Shown here: in pieces, positions 26,880 through 38,959 of the stretch
Position numbering within the stretch: the first letter of the stretch is position 1
How the letters are laid out: every line of letters begins with the position of its first letter
From: Callorhinchus milii
Lineage: Eukaryota
Length of the DNA stretch: 64,000 nt
Assembly (NCBI RefSeq): GCF_018977255.1
Contig: NW_024704742.1
Span: 131,814,001-131,878,000, forward strand
Direction: 5' to 3'
Position numbers and translations under genes: made by a program
The notes under the pieces: generated by a model
What the model saw: only the letters and a program-made list of their open reading frames with translations
Told to the model about the DNA's origin: nothing
The model's database searches: none

Positions 26880-27160
26880 CTCCACAGTATCAACTACTTA
26901 AGTGGTCATTCTTCATGTGGGAGCCTTTGACAGGGAGCGTTGGCAGGCTGTTTGATTGCAGTAGGCATCGCAGTTGAGCTCCTTCCTGTCTTCATTTGAC
27001 ATCTACGCATGCACATTTCCAGCAAGGGTCACTGAGTAGCAATCAGGAGCACTGGCTGATTCTCTATCCTTCTCAGATTTAGGACACTGTGATCAATGAT
27101 AACAGTACCATGAATCCTTTCCTGGTTGACATCAGCTAACCCAGCACAGACGTGGGAAAC
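26880..27160 (-). mobile_element. Ancient SINE, AmnSINE2-like
   Basis: Reverse complement contains TCTGTGCTGGGTTAGCTGATGTC...GCTCCTGATTGCTACTCAGTGACCCTTGCTGGAAA...CATGAAGAATGACCACTT. Family name from recollection of the consensus. Confidence 0.55.
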
Positions 27161-28409
27161 AGTTTATATAATAATATTCCTTGCTTTTGATGTACCACCT
27201 TACCGCATCCCCAAAACATCTCAAGGCGCTTCACAGGATTTACCGTAAAATGTAGTGACTGTATTTTCTATGTGAACCCAGCAGCCATTTGCATACAGCA
27301 TTCTCTCACAAACAGAAGGATGTTTGCACGTGCAAATTGGCTGCCACAGTCGCCTACAAATACAGTCACTACACTTAATATGTTTCCACTTGTTGGTGAG
27401 TAAAAAGTAAAGGTTCAAATATAATATGACCAGTAGCTAGAAAAAGGGAGTTTAAGAGGAACCTCTTTATATAGAGGATAGAATCACTGCCGTAAGCTGT
27501 GGTTGAAGCTGAAAACATCAACGCATTTAAAAGGAAATTTGATGGAGACATGAGAGAGACAAAGGAGAACCAGAGAGGGGAATAGAGAGACAGAGGCGCT
27601 CACATGGCGATATATTTTCGCATGTGGCAGTCACCTGGCTGACCCCAAAAAATATCAGAGCTTGCCTTGTAAACCAAAGCACAATTAAATTACACAGGCT
27701 AAGGACAACCACTGGTAAAAATGAACAAGGAGGAAAATTATAGTGTTGGGCTTGTCAGCTTTGGTGTAATTTGGCTCCTGAGATTCATCCACACCCACAA
27801 ATAAAGAGAAACAATATTCCAATTTCACTCCCTCTCTTCGATCTATAAGTACAGGCTATCCTTTATTTCCTGCCTCATCATCCATCATGTCAACCATTGC
27901 CAGTCTATTTGTTAATGACCAAAATTTCCTCCTGAGGTTTCGTGAGATTTTTTCCCCAAGAAAAACTGAAATCTTCAGTGAAAGCCTGAGTCAAGTGATG
28001 TATGGGGTTGCATAGATAATGTGTGTGGTGCTCATAGTCGATGCTTCACAATAAAAGGTATCACTTTGTCACATCATAGCACAAATTAACCCAGCGATAA
28101 CACAGTTCCCTTCTTTGCTTTTGTTACTGTGTGACTTTTTACCCACTGTGATCTTCTGGGCTTATAAAGTGCTTTGTTTACGCAGTTGGGAATAAAGCTG
28201 CCTTATTTCTTAGCAATAGACTCATGTGAAAAAGAAAACTGGATTTGAACTTGCAAATTTTTGGGTGTCGGAACTGAAAGGAAAGGACCCCATAGTGCAG
28301 AATCTCCAATGAGTGGTCTCACCTGCGACATCTCAAAGACCTAATAAGGTGCTATATCAAATGCAAGGATTATTTTTATAGAACACCAAAGCCAGGAGGT
28401 TATTTCTTA

Positions 28410-28678
28410 AAATAATCCTTTCATTTTGCCTTATCACGTCGTTGAGGCGTCTCAAGGCTTCACAGAACATATTATAAAGTTGATTGACTGTATTTTGTGG
28501 GTGAAACATGGCAGCCAATTGTTCACATCAATGTCCCACAAACAGTTGTGGATTGATTGACCAAATTATTATTATTATATATATTTTTGAGGGATCAACT
28601 GGGTTCCTACTTACTGCAAGTTAACAGAGAAGTGTGGAGTAAGGAAACTTGCCTAAGGTTTTGCCCCACCTGGGAACT
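28410..28678 (-). mobile_element. Composite SINE, older long form, 5'-truncated
   Basis: GGGTTCCTACTTACTGC...GTGTGGAGTAAGGAAACTTGCC plus Deu core. Confidence 0.8.
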
Positions 28679-28984
28679 AATGGTTAGCAGAAGTCCTGCT
28701 GTGCCACCAGCTCTTTGTTAATGTTGCAATGTTGTTCAGATCCATGGACTGCCAATGGATAATCCTGAGAGATTTGAACTTGACAAAGGGGAGAAAGTCC
28801 TTGGTGAAAATTTCGAGCTGTGATGTGTTAATTAATACCGAAAGCTGTCAATGGAAGATTGGAACTCAGCTGATTCAATGTGGCATGATCGGTAGATATC
28901 TAAGCCTAAGATTGCTGGGAACACTCAGTGGGTCAGGCAGCATCTATGGAGAAAATAAAATGGGCCAACATTTCCATTTCTGCC

Positions 28985-30020
28985 TCCATTTCATCTCGGC
29001 AAATGGTTTCTCCTTCCGCCCCTGCCCGGTCACCTGCAGGGTACCCCAGGGTTCCATTCTTGGCCCTCCTCTTTTCCTTATATATATGCTTCCACTGGGC
29101 GATGTCATCTGCAAATATGGGGTAAATGATACACAAATCTACTTTGCCTCCTCCAGTACCAACTTCAGGCCTGCCGCTGTTCTATCAGCTTATCTGGCAG
29201 ACATCAGGGCCTGGATGAGTGCAAACTTCCTGCAGCTGAATGTGGACAAGACAGAAGCTATCCTCCTTGGCTCCCGTCAACTTTTTCACTCCTGTGGATC
29301 TAAACTCCTGAACCTCACTGGGCTCTCCCTCAAACTCACCGAACCAGTGCGAAACTTAGGCATCGGATTCAACCCTCAGCTGTCTTTCCTACCCCACATC
29401 TGGTCCCTGACATGGACTGCCTTCTTCCACCTCCATCACATTGCCCGCCTCCGACCGTATTTTACCCCAAATGCAGCCGAAACCCTCGTGCAAACCCTCG
29501 TCACCTCCTGCCTGGATTACTCCAATGCACTCCTCGCCAGTCTCCCCAGCTCCACTATTCAAATTATCCAGCTCATTCAGAACTCTGCCTTGCACATACT
29601 GACCCGGACCACATCTCACCAGTTCTGGCCAGACTCCACTGGATCCCCATCATTGAACGGATCGATTTCAAATCCCTTCACTCCCTGGCACCTCCCTACC
29701 TTTCCGACCTCCTCACTCCCCAATTCACCACCTGGCGCCTCCACTTGACTGGCACCGACCTCCTGCTCGTCCCTCACAGCCTCCGCCCCACCATCGGAGG
29801 TCATGCTTTCAGCCGCTATGCTCCAAAACTCTGGAACACTCTCCCTCAATCCCTCTGCCTTGGCCCCTCTCTCTCTTTTTTCAAATTCTGCCTGAAAACG
29901 TTCCACTTTGACCGTGCTTACGGCCACCTTCCCCCAGCTTGGAGTCAGGTTCCACCACTGTTAAGCACTCTGAAACGCTGCCCTGTGTGGAGGGCTCTAT
30001 ATAATTGCAAGTTGTTATTG
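28985..30020 (+). mobile_element. L2 LINE RT C-terminal half + 3' tail, defective
   Basis: [62 protein letters not shown] motif damaged by a deletion. Confidence 0.95.
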
Positions 30021-31007
30021 TCCACGTGGGATAACATCTCAGAGCACTTAAAAAAGATGTCTGATGTCAGCCAGTGCATCAGTTGAGGGTGCAGGGTATT
30101 ACACTGCATCTCAACAACAATAACTAGCATTTATATAGCACCCTTCACACGGGGTAGTGTCCCAGAGCATCTCAGTGCTGGCTGGAGAATTAAGCAGGGT
30201 TTCCATTTCTGGGTTCAGAAATTCTTTCTGGTTTTAGACTTCCATTTGTTTTCTTACCGTTTTGCATGAACCTAGGGAAGGGGGGGATTCCGATTAGGTT
30301 TGAATGGAGAATATACACCAGCATGGACTAGTTGAGTCAAATAGCCTTTTTCTGTTTTGTAAATTTAGTGCAACTCCATGTAATTTCATGAGGATGCAGA
30401 ATTGTTTTCAATTCTAAAAATCACTCCTAATTTGCAAACTTGTTTCCTGCAGATTTTTTTTGAAAACCACGGAAAACAGACGCCCAAACAAAGACTCGCA
30501 AAATAAATCAACATGCCTTGAAATGAGATGTTAAAATTAAAGACTGGTCTGCCTGTTTGTTTCCCATTGAGAAGCCTGACTTCCAAATTAAAAGATTTTG
30601 TGTGCTTAATTCTGAGCAATCTTAACTTCACGATATAATAGTGGAACAGATTGGGTGGAATTTCTAAGCCCCAGGAGAGAGGTGGGGGAGAAGATTGCCA
30701 ATAAAAAGAGAGGAGAACATTGAAACAAATATAAAAAACACAACTTATTCAGTCAGGAGAATCAGATAAGCGGTTTCCATGAGATACTGCGGTGCAGGGC
30801 TGAGGAAAAACAAAGCAAACGCAGGCCTTTCTTTCTTCCTGAGATAGTTTCATTCGGCTGCACAGGTTAATGGAAAGCGTGTCCTCAGGTGATAAGAGGG
30901 TGTCTGTGCAGGTGCTGAATGCAGAGTAGCAAGTGCTTAAAGCCCAAAGTTCCACTGCTCTTCATTGTAGTCTCTTAAACAACAGCGCCTCAGAACCAAA
31001 CCACACG

Positions 31008-31340
31008 ATAATAATAATACTAATCCTTGCATAGCGCCCTACCATGTCTTCGAGACGTCTCGAAACGCTTCACAGAATATCCTCTAAATTGTATATTTTG
31101 CAGCAGCCAATTGCACACAGCAGTCCCACAAAAACAGTCACGGATTGAGTAACCAAATTATTATCATTTATTTTTAAGGGATTATTACTCCTGGAAAAGC
31201 AATCTGCCAATCGAGTGGTTCCTACTTACTTCTAGGTAAACAGAGGCATATGGAGTAAGGAAATTTCCCCAACGTTTCACCCTGCCGGGAATCGAACCAA
31301 GGTCCTCTCGTTTGTGAGGCTCGTGCTCTAACCACAGATC
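31008..31340 (-). mobile_element. Composite SINE, older long form
   Basis: GGTTCCTACTTACTTCTAGGTAAACAGAGGCATATGGAGTAAGG; B box GGTTCGATTCC on the minus strand. Confidence 0.85.
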
Positions 31341-31934
31341 ACAGAGAAGTTTGAATTGAGAAAGCCTTTTGGTCCGTTTGATCTCACTCTTCCAGAAAAA
31401 CAACCATAGGTTCTTTGTAGGCATACACTTACAAACACACAGTCACTATTCTGCAGCAGTGTGAAGCAGTTTGATTTTTTTTGCTTCTTAAATGAATCTG
31501 GTCCTTTGGCCACTCCACTCCTGTCCTTCCTAGTAAAGCACTCCAGGATGCAACCCCGTGTGAAGGGTGCTTTATAAATGCAAGTTATCATTGTTTCTGG
31601 TAAACATTGCATCTGGTTAAACGCTCTCCATACAAACTATACTTCTGGTGCCTGTAGTGAAATTCTGCTTCCCAGCTCTGAACCTTATACCCTTGTTCTG
31701 CTGCCTCAATGTATCAAACCTGTCTTCAACAACGCTCAGGAGAATAGGCCAAAGTAGCTTTTATACAAAGGTGACCTCCGAGTGGTGAGGGTGGTTGTTA
31801 ACAGGAAGTGGTTGCTAAATAGAGGTGGTTGCTTGAACAGATCTGACTGTAACTGTGTTGCTGTAGGTTTGTTTTCTCTATCCCATGCAGCATCTAAGGG
31901 CATCTCTAAGACATTTTTACTCTCTGATATGTGC

Positions 31935-32070
31935 ATTTCATACCTACAAGCTTTCTCTGGAATTTCCATGTATAGATGGGATGCATGGAATTCTCAATTT
32001 GATTTGGATACTCTTAAGCATGGTATTAGTTTTCCACATGTGTCAGACGCCTGGCTGACCAAAATAAAAG
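31935..32070 (+). repeat. Unclassified interspersed repeat, copy 5
   Basis: GGGATGCATGGAATTCTCAATTTGATTTGGATACTCTTAAGCATGG...CCTGGCTGACCAAAATAAAA. Confidence 0.75.
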
Positions 32071-33188
32071 GCAACATTTTACTGTCAAATCTGGTTCAAT
32101 CATGAAGTCAACCTGTAAGAAGTGAAATGTTCCAAATCAGTAATTGAATGCTTGCTGATCTATGATCTACTCCAATGGAATTCCCCTTTTAATGCACCAA
32201 CATTAAAATACAGGCTAAGTTTAGAAGAGTCAAAAAGTTATATGAATGTTTCATATATTTTCATGAAACCTTTAAAGATATGTTAAACTCGTAATAATGT
32301 TGGAAAAAGGAACCCGGGTATTTTAGACCAGTGCGAATTGCACTGGAATGCATCAATTTTTTATATTTCACCATTTATTTTTAAACGGGGTCCTGCAATC
32401 CTTTCAGTACATTTAAAACCAGTGAAATATGCATGCATTATTTATTGCTTTCGGATTTCCTACAGAGTGGTAGATGTGTGTAACTGATGCCCACCAAAGG
32501 CTGTGGACTCTCAACTGACAGACTGTTTGGGAAAAGTACCAGAAGCCAAAATTTCATCTGGTGTTAGAAAGCAAGACCATGGTATTTTTGAATTTAAGAT
32601 CGTGCAGGATTTTGGATAATTCTTGAGTTTTGCCTTGATTTGGAAGCCAGCTCTTTTAATAATAATAATTATAATAATCCTTACATTTGATAATAGAGCC
32701 TCATCATGTTATTGAGACTTCTCAAACAGAATATATTGTAAAGTGAATTGGCTGTGTATTTTGTGGGACAAAGTATTTTTAAATGAAAACTAATTTCTCG
32801 ATTAACCTCCAGATTAAGAACAAATTGCTGTGCACAATTGAGTTGCCGCGTTTTCCTACAAATACACAGTCATTCCATTTCACAGTAATTCCTGTGAAAT
32901 GTCTTGAGACGTCCAACTAATAACAAGTGCAAGGATTATTATTAAATTTAAGATCATGCAGAATTTTGTTAGGTCCTTGAGCTTTGCCTTAATTTGGATG
33001 TCAGTTCTTTTGAAGGAAAACTAGCTTCTAGATTGAGAACAAAGATTTAAGAATCTTTCACAATCCTACATGACTGTAAATTTTAAGACAATCAACTGGT
33101 TTTGCAGGCTAGAACTAACTGGAATATTAGGGCCTCAGTTTCTTGGAGCAGAATTGGTAGATATCGGGATAGGTACAGAGAACAGGGG

Positions 33189-33905
33189 CAACAACAACAA
33201 CAACAACAAGATTTCATTTATAAAGCGCCTTTCACGTCAGGAGGACGTCCCAAGGCGCTGCACAGTTGGGTCAGGACCCGAGCAGGGGGAAATGGTCAGG
33301 GTGAGGGGAGGGAAGGGAGGGAGCGAGGAGAGGGAAGAGAGTCGAGAGGGGAGCTGAAGGCTCGGTCACAGAGAAAGGTTTTGAGACCGGCCTTGAAGGA
33401 GGAGAGGGAGGAAGCGGCGAAGGCACTGGGGGATGGAGTTCCAGAGCCTGGGGCCTGAGAGACTGAAGGCCCGACCACCGATGGTAGGGCGATTGGGGCG
33501 GGGGACGTGGAGCAGACCGGAGCCGGAGGAACGGAGGGTACGGGCAGGTAGGTAGGGGGATAGTAGGTCAGAGAGGTAGGAGGGAGCAAGGCCGTGGATG
33601 GCCTTATAGGTGAGGATGAGGATCTTGAAATCAATCCTCTGGGGGATGGGGAGCCAGTGGAGGCGAGCGAGGGTAGTTGTGATGTGGTCCCGAAGCCTGG
33701 TGCGGGACAGTACACGAGCTGCAGAGTTCTGAATGACCTGCAGCTTGTGGAGGGAGGTGGCGGGAAGGCCGGCGAGGAGAGAGTTCCCATAGTCCAGCCT
33801 TGAGGTGACGAAGGCGTGGACCAGGGTTTCAGCAGCGTGAGGGGTGAGGTAGTGCCGTAGTCTGGCGATGTTCCGGAGGTGATGGAAGGCAGTGCCAGTT
33901 GTGGT
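33189..33905 (-). mobile_element. Young L2 LINE 3' fragment
   Basis: Clean ORF2 C-terminus AFHHLRNIARLR...FVTSRLDYGNSLL...LHWLPIPQRIDFKIL...PRLWNSIP; CpG-rich; (TTG)n tail. Confidence 0.95.
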
Positions 33906-35112
33906 GCGGATGTAAGGTAGAAAGGGGCAACCCCCTTTATAGCATGGTTGATTGGGTACAATGTCTCGGGAGCTAGATTGCAAGCCAAGCAAAAAAAAGG
34001 CTGATTTCCAGGTTATCGGGTCATTGTTGACGTCATCTCCTGTGTCTACTGGAAATCCTGTTATTGGGTTTCATGGATGTGGTGCACATATGCTGTGTTC
34101 ACAAAATGACATTAGTGACTCTTCCTAACACAGCAAAGTGGAAGTGACATCAGCAGCAACCTGACAATCCAAAGTGGGCCATCTGTTGTTGGGCTATAAA
34201 CAAATTATTGTCGGAAATGCCATTCTTCAGATGAGATGTTAACCCAAGGACATGTTTACGTGTTCAGGTGATCGTTTAAGATCGGTTGGCCTATTCGGAA
34301 AGTGAATAGAGGTTCTCTGAAGGCGATTGTTACCCTCCAGTTTCTGGGTCATTAATGGTACAGATTAGTTTGTCTGTTTGCCTTTATAACAATATTCGTT
34401 TTTTATTTCTAAAATAACTCTATTTGATAAAGCAGAAATGGTTTCAAGAATGGTTTATTTTATGTGAAAAATGCAATTTAAATGAAAGTTATTATTATAA
34501 TTTGAGAATTTAGGGAAAATGAAGATTTCTTTCCCTTTAAAGGATCCGAAGAGATTGAAAGGGAAAGTCTGAATAATCTGTACTCAGCCCCCTCAAAGGA
34601 TATTTATCTGCGAAATCGATAGTGTATTAGACCAAATAGTATGTCAGACTGTTACATTTTAGTAATGTTCTCAAACATAATTTATTAGGAAGAAATTTTA
34701 GCAGTGGTCGACCAATACAGATTAAATATAATCTTAAAAGATACATTGCTTTGCGAAGCGTTAGAATAGGGATCTTTGACATTGCATTGAGCTGTGATTG
34801 CAACATATCAGCTTGAGTGTGTAAAAAAATGATTGCACAAGACTGATGCCATGCAGTAAACAAGCAACAAAGAGCAAAATATAGATTGGAAACAAATGAA
34901 ATATTGAAAACCCGCAATGAATGATCATTCACTATAATGTGCCACGGTGCGCATTATGAAATTGGAACATATTTATGCTTTGAAAACATCTTTCAGACCT
35001 TTCTAAATTTTAAGTTGTAAGCAAACACCCGGTTGTGTTGCAAGTTAGTGCACATTCGCCTAACAAATAAACATTAATTTTACAGGAAATTCTGTCAAGC
35101 GATTTGATGTGC

Positions 35113-35442
35113 AATAATAATAATAATAATAATAATAATCCTTGCATTTGATATAGCGCTTTTCACGTCGGGAGGACGTCCCAAAGCGCTTCACAGAATA
35201 TACTGTAAAGTGAATTGACTGTATATTTGTGGGCGAACGCGGCAGCCAATTGCGCACAGCAATGTCCCACAAACAGTCGTAGATTGAAAATGACCAATTT
35301 ATTATTTTTTTTTTGGTTTTTGGAGGATTATTATTAGGCGTGTGGAGTAAGGAAACTTGCCCAAGTTTCGCCCTGCCTGGAATTGAACCCAGGTCTCTCG
35401 CTTGCAAAGCGAGTGCTCTAACCACTGAGCTACAGGACTCCA
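35113..35442 (-). mobile_element. Young composite SINE (short form), full length
   Basis: Complete tRNA head, Deu core and tail with (TTA)n. Confidence 0.95.
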
Positions 35443-35521
35443 CCAAGGTGCTACGTCAAATACAAAAATGAGATGGTGATTATATTAATATATTTTAATA
35501 GAGCACCTTTTACGTCATTTA

Positions 35522-35838
35522 AGTCCTGTAGCTCAGTGATTAGAGCACTCGCTTTGCAAGTGCGAGACCTGAGTTCAATTCCAGGCAGGGCGAAACCTTG
35601 GGCAAGTTTCCTTACTCCACACAGAGCCTAATAATAATTCCTCCAAAAAAACAAAACAATAATAAATTGGTCATTTTCAATCTACGACTGATTGTGGTTC
35701 ACTGCTGTGCGCAATTGGCTGCCGCGTTTGCCCACAAATATACAGTCAATTCACTTTACAGTCTATTCTGTGAAGCGCTTTGGGACGTCTAGAAGACGTG
35801 AAAAGGGCTATATCAAATGCAAGGATTATTACTATTAG
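35522..35838 (+). mobile_element. Young composite SINE (short form), full length
   Basis: AGTCCTGTAGCTCAG head; tail loop variant GACGTCTAGAAGACGT. Confidence 0.95.
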
Positions 35839-36197
35839 TATAAAGGTCTCAATACATGTCACAGGATTTACTTATAAACTGTAGTGACTGTGGATTATTC
35901 ACCCACAAATACACAGTTCTACTACAAGAACAGGAACTTTTATATGGTATATTTATATAGTGCCCCTCACTCAGGGTGTTTCAGAATTCTACACTTTGCA
36001 AAATATCTTGTGAAATGCTTCCCAACATCCTCCCGATATGAAAGGTGCTGTAGCAAATGCAAGAATTATTAATATAATTTACTGTGGATAGAAACCCATG
36101 TACAATTGCATTATGGTTTAGTGACATCAACAGTGCTTGAAGACCCTGGAAGTTCTGACAAGTGGTGAATCTATGATGCGATCAGTTATAATATGGG

Positions 36198-36510
36198 ATC
36201 CTTGCATCCTTGCATTTTTTTTGATATAGCGCTTTTCACGTGGAGAGGACGTCCCAAAGCGTTTCACAGTACACACTGTAAAGTGAATTGACTGTATATT
36301 TGTGGGCGAACGCGGCAGCCAATTGCGCACAGCAATGTCCCACAAACAGTCGTAGATTAAAAATGACCAATTTATATTGTTTTTGGTTTTGGAGGGATTA
36401 TTATTAGGCTCTGTGTGGAGTAAGGAAACTTTCCCAAGGTTTCGCCCTGCCTGGAATTGAACTCAGGTCTCTCGCTTGCAAAGCGAGTGGTATAACCACT
36501 GAGCTACAGG
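36198..36510 (-). mobile_element. Young composite SINE (short form)
   Basis: Same family; shares the CACACAGAGCCTAAT variant with the 35522 copy. Confidence 0.95.
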
Positions 36511-36687
36511 GATCTCTTTCTATGGATCCAACCATTGTGCTATAATGGGGTAGGACTGTAGCAACTAAAACTATACTTGCATGTTCCATTTCAGGAATTT
36601 GAATTCATGTAGTCTATGCTGACACTCCAATGCAGTGCTGGAGGTTTGCTACTTTGTTGAAGGTGCCATCCTTTGGATGAGATGTTA

Positions 36688-37045
36688 CATTAGAATACAT
36701 TAGAATATACATCACAGAAACAGGCCATTCAGCCCAACTGGTCTATGCCGGTTTTTTTATACTCCACAGAAGCCTCTTCCTGCCCTTCCTCAACTAAGCC
36801 TTCAAGCATAACCTTCTACTCCTTTCTCCCTCATGTAACTATCTAGCTTTCCCTTAAATACATCTATGCTATTTGCCTCAACAACTCCTTTTAGTAGCAA
36901 GTTCCACATTCCCACTATTCTCTGTGTGAAGAAATTTCTTCTAACTTCCCTATTTAATCTATTTGTGACTATTTTATATTGATGGCCCCTGGTTTGGGTC
37001 TCCCCCACAAGTGGAAACATCTTCCCTATGTCTACCCTATCAAAA
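36688..37045 (-). mobile_element. CR1 3' end nested in a Deu SINE
   Basis: MFPLVGETQTRGHQYKI...RRNFFTQRIVGMWN; host SINE continues on both sides (36590-36687 and 37065-37350). Confidence 0.9.
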
Positions 37046-38959
37046 GCTTATCTACCCTATCAAAACGCTGAACCAAGGTTCTGTCTGCTTGTTCAGGGCG
37101 ATTCTAAAGATCCTGTGGCACTATTGAAAAAGAGAAGGGAGTTTCTCCTGATGTCTTAGTCAATGATCCCCCAAAAAGCAATTGGTCACTTACTTCATGG
37201 TTATTTATGGAACATTGCTGTGAGCTTGTGATTGTTGTTGCTTTCACCTACAAGATGTACAGACACTGCCCTTTACAACGAATCCTTTGAAGTGCTATGA
37301 GATGTTTAAATGGTATAAAAGGCATTGTATCAAATGCAAGTGTTGTTGTAACATTAACAATTTGATAATAATGCTTGCCTTTGAAATAACACCTTATTGT
37401 GTCATCGAGATGTCTCAAAGGACTTTAGCATTATAAATGGGGGCTCACACAATGAAAATTGTGCTGGATGTCTGCTCTTGAGAAAACTACAGTTGAGCGC
37501 CACTCTTTTTTTTGCATTGCGTGCCTTTTCATGATTAGAATTATTAGATTCATCTCCTCCTATGAATCTCTTTTGGAAGACAGAATTATTATGATACGGC
37601 TCGTGGGTTTGCCAATTAAGCCCAAATAGATTTATTTCCGGATAGGGTCATTAAATAGAGATGGGTAGAGCCCTAGTTTACAGCACTGAGCACCCACGCT
37701 GTAAACTAAGGAAATCGTTGACAATTATCACAAGTGAAAAATTGGACCAGGAGCGTAGAATCTAGAATAAGTAGAATTTCCCCTTTTGTGGTGATGTGTT
37801 GTACAGTGGAGCCCCACTGTTATATGGCCATGGTTCAGATCCATATATACTGGGACACATTTGTAGACGAAAGAAAGCATTGACCATTATCACAAATGGA
37901 AAAATTGGGTCAGACAGGTAGAATTAGACCAGATGCATAGAAGGGGCAGAGGTGGGTAATTAGACTTGATATGTAAATCAGTCATGATCTAGTAGAATGG
38001 TGGAACAGGGTCGAGGGACTGATTGGCCTCCTCCTGTTCTTATTTTCCTATGCCTATAGCCAGCTGGCCAGCCAGTAGTTTCCCTGTGTGTTGGTTGGTT
38101 CCTGCGTTAAATAAAATGGGTCACTGCCTGGTCATAAAGTTGCCACCAATGTCACTTCCTGCGTACTTTGTGAGCAGAACGCGTAGGAAATGACATCGGT
38201 GGTGACTTATTGACACACAGGAAGTGATATTGGTGGTCACGCTATAACTGAGTTTGCATTATAAAGAAGCTCAATAAGAATATTGGGGTCACAAATGTTT
38301 TAACCAGACAGGGTGGCAATATCAAACAGGTGGCAATTAACTTTCTGCATACACAACAAGACACAAATGAAAGCAGCTTTAAATCTATATAATAGCACCT
38401 TTCACAGTGGGAGGACAACTCAAATCAATTCACGGGACCCAAGAGATTCAAAGCGATTGGGAGCTTGAGCTGGTGGGGGGTGGGGAGAGCTGAGGGAGGT
38501 GGAGAAGTGGAGAAAGGTGACCAAAAGTGCTGTCAAAAAGAAAGGTCTTAAGGTCATAAAGCGTACACATTCGCCTACAAAGTACACGGTCGCCACACTC
38601 CATTGTAAATCTTGTGAAGCTCTTTCCAATGCTTCACCATGATAAAGCACTACATCAAATTCTAGGATGTTTTTCATCACTAATATTTAAAACAGCTTGA
38701 ATGTTCAAGATAGTAATCCATACAGAAGGCAGCGAGGAAAATGTCACAGTTATTCAGTCTAAAATTGCAATCAAACCATTGATAATTATCCACTGGCCAT
38801 GGAGGTGAGACCATCCCACACTTCCTCACAACCCATTCACTCCCTTCCCCACCCACCATTGACTTTGGCCACAATGCTGTAGTTAGTAACCAAACTGCAC
38901 ATTATAATGGCACCTTAAGACCATTGTTTTAAAAAATGTCAGATCACCAAATCAGAGCA

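Noticed and set aside
28729..29748. 339-aa ORF as a host gene or domesticated RT
   Set aside because: Random upstream sequence is fused to an L2 RT fragment with a damaged YADD motif and a downstream frameshift.
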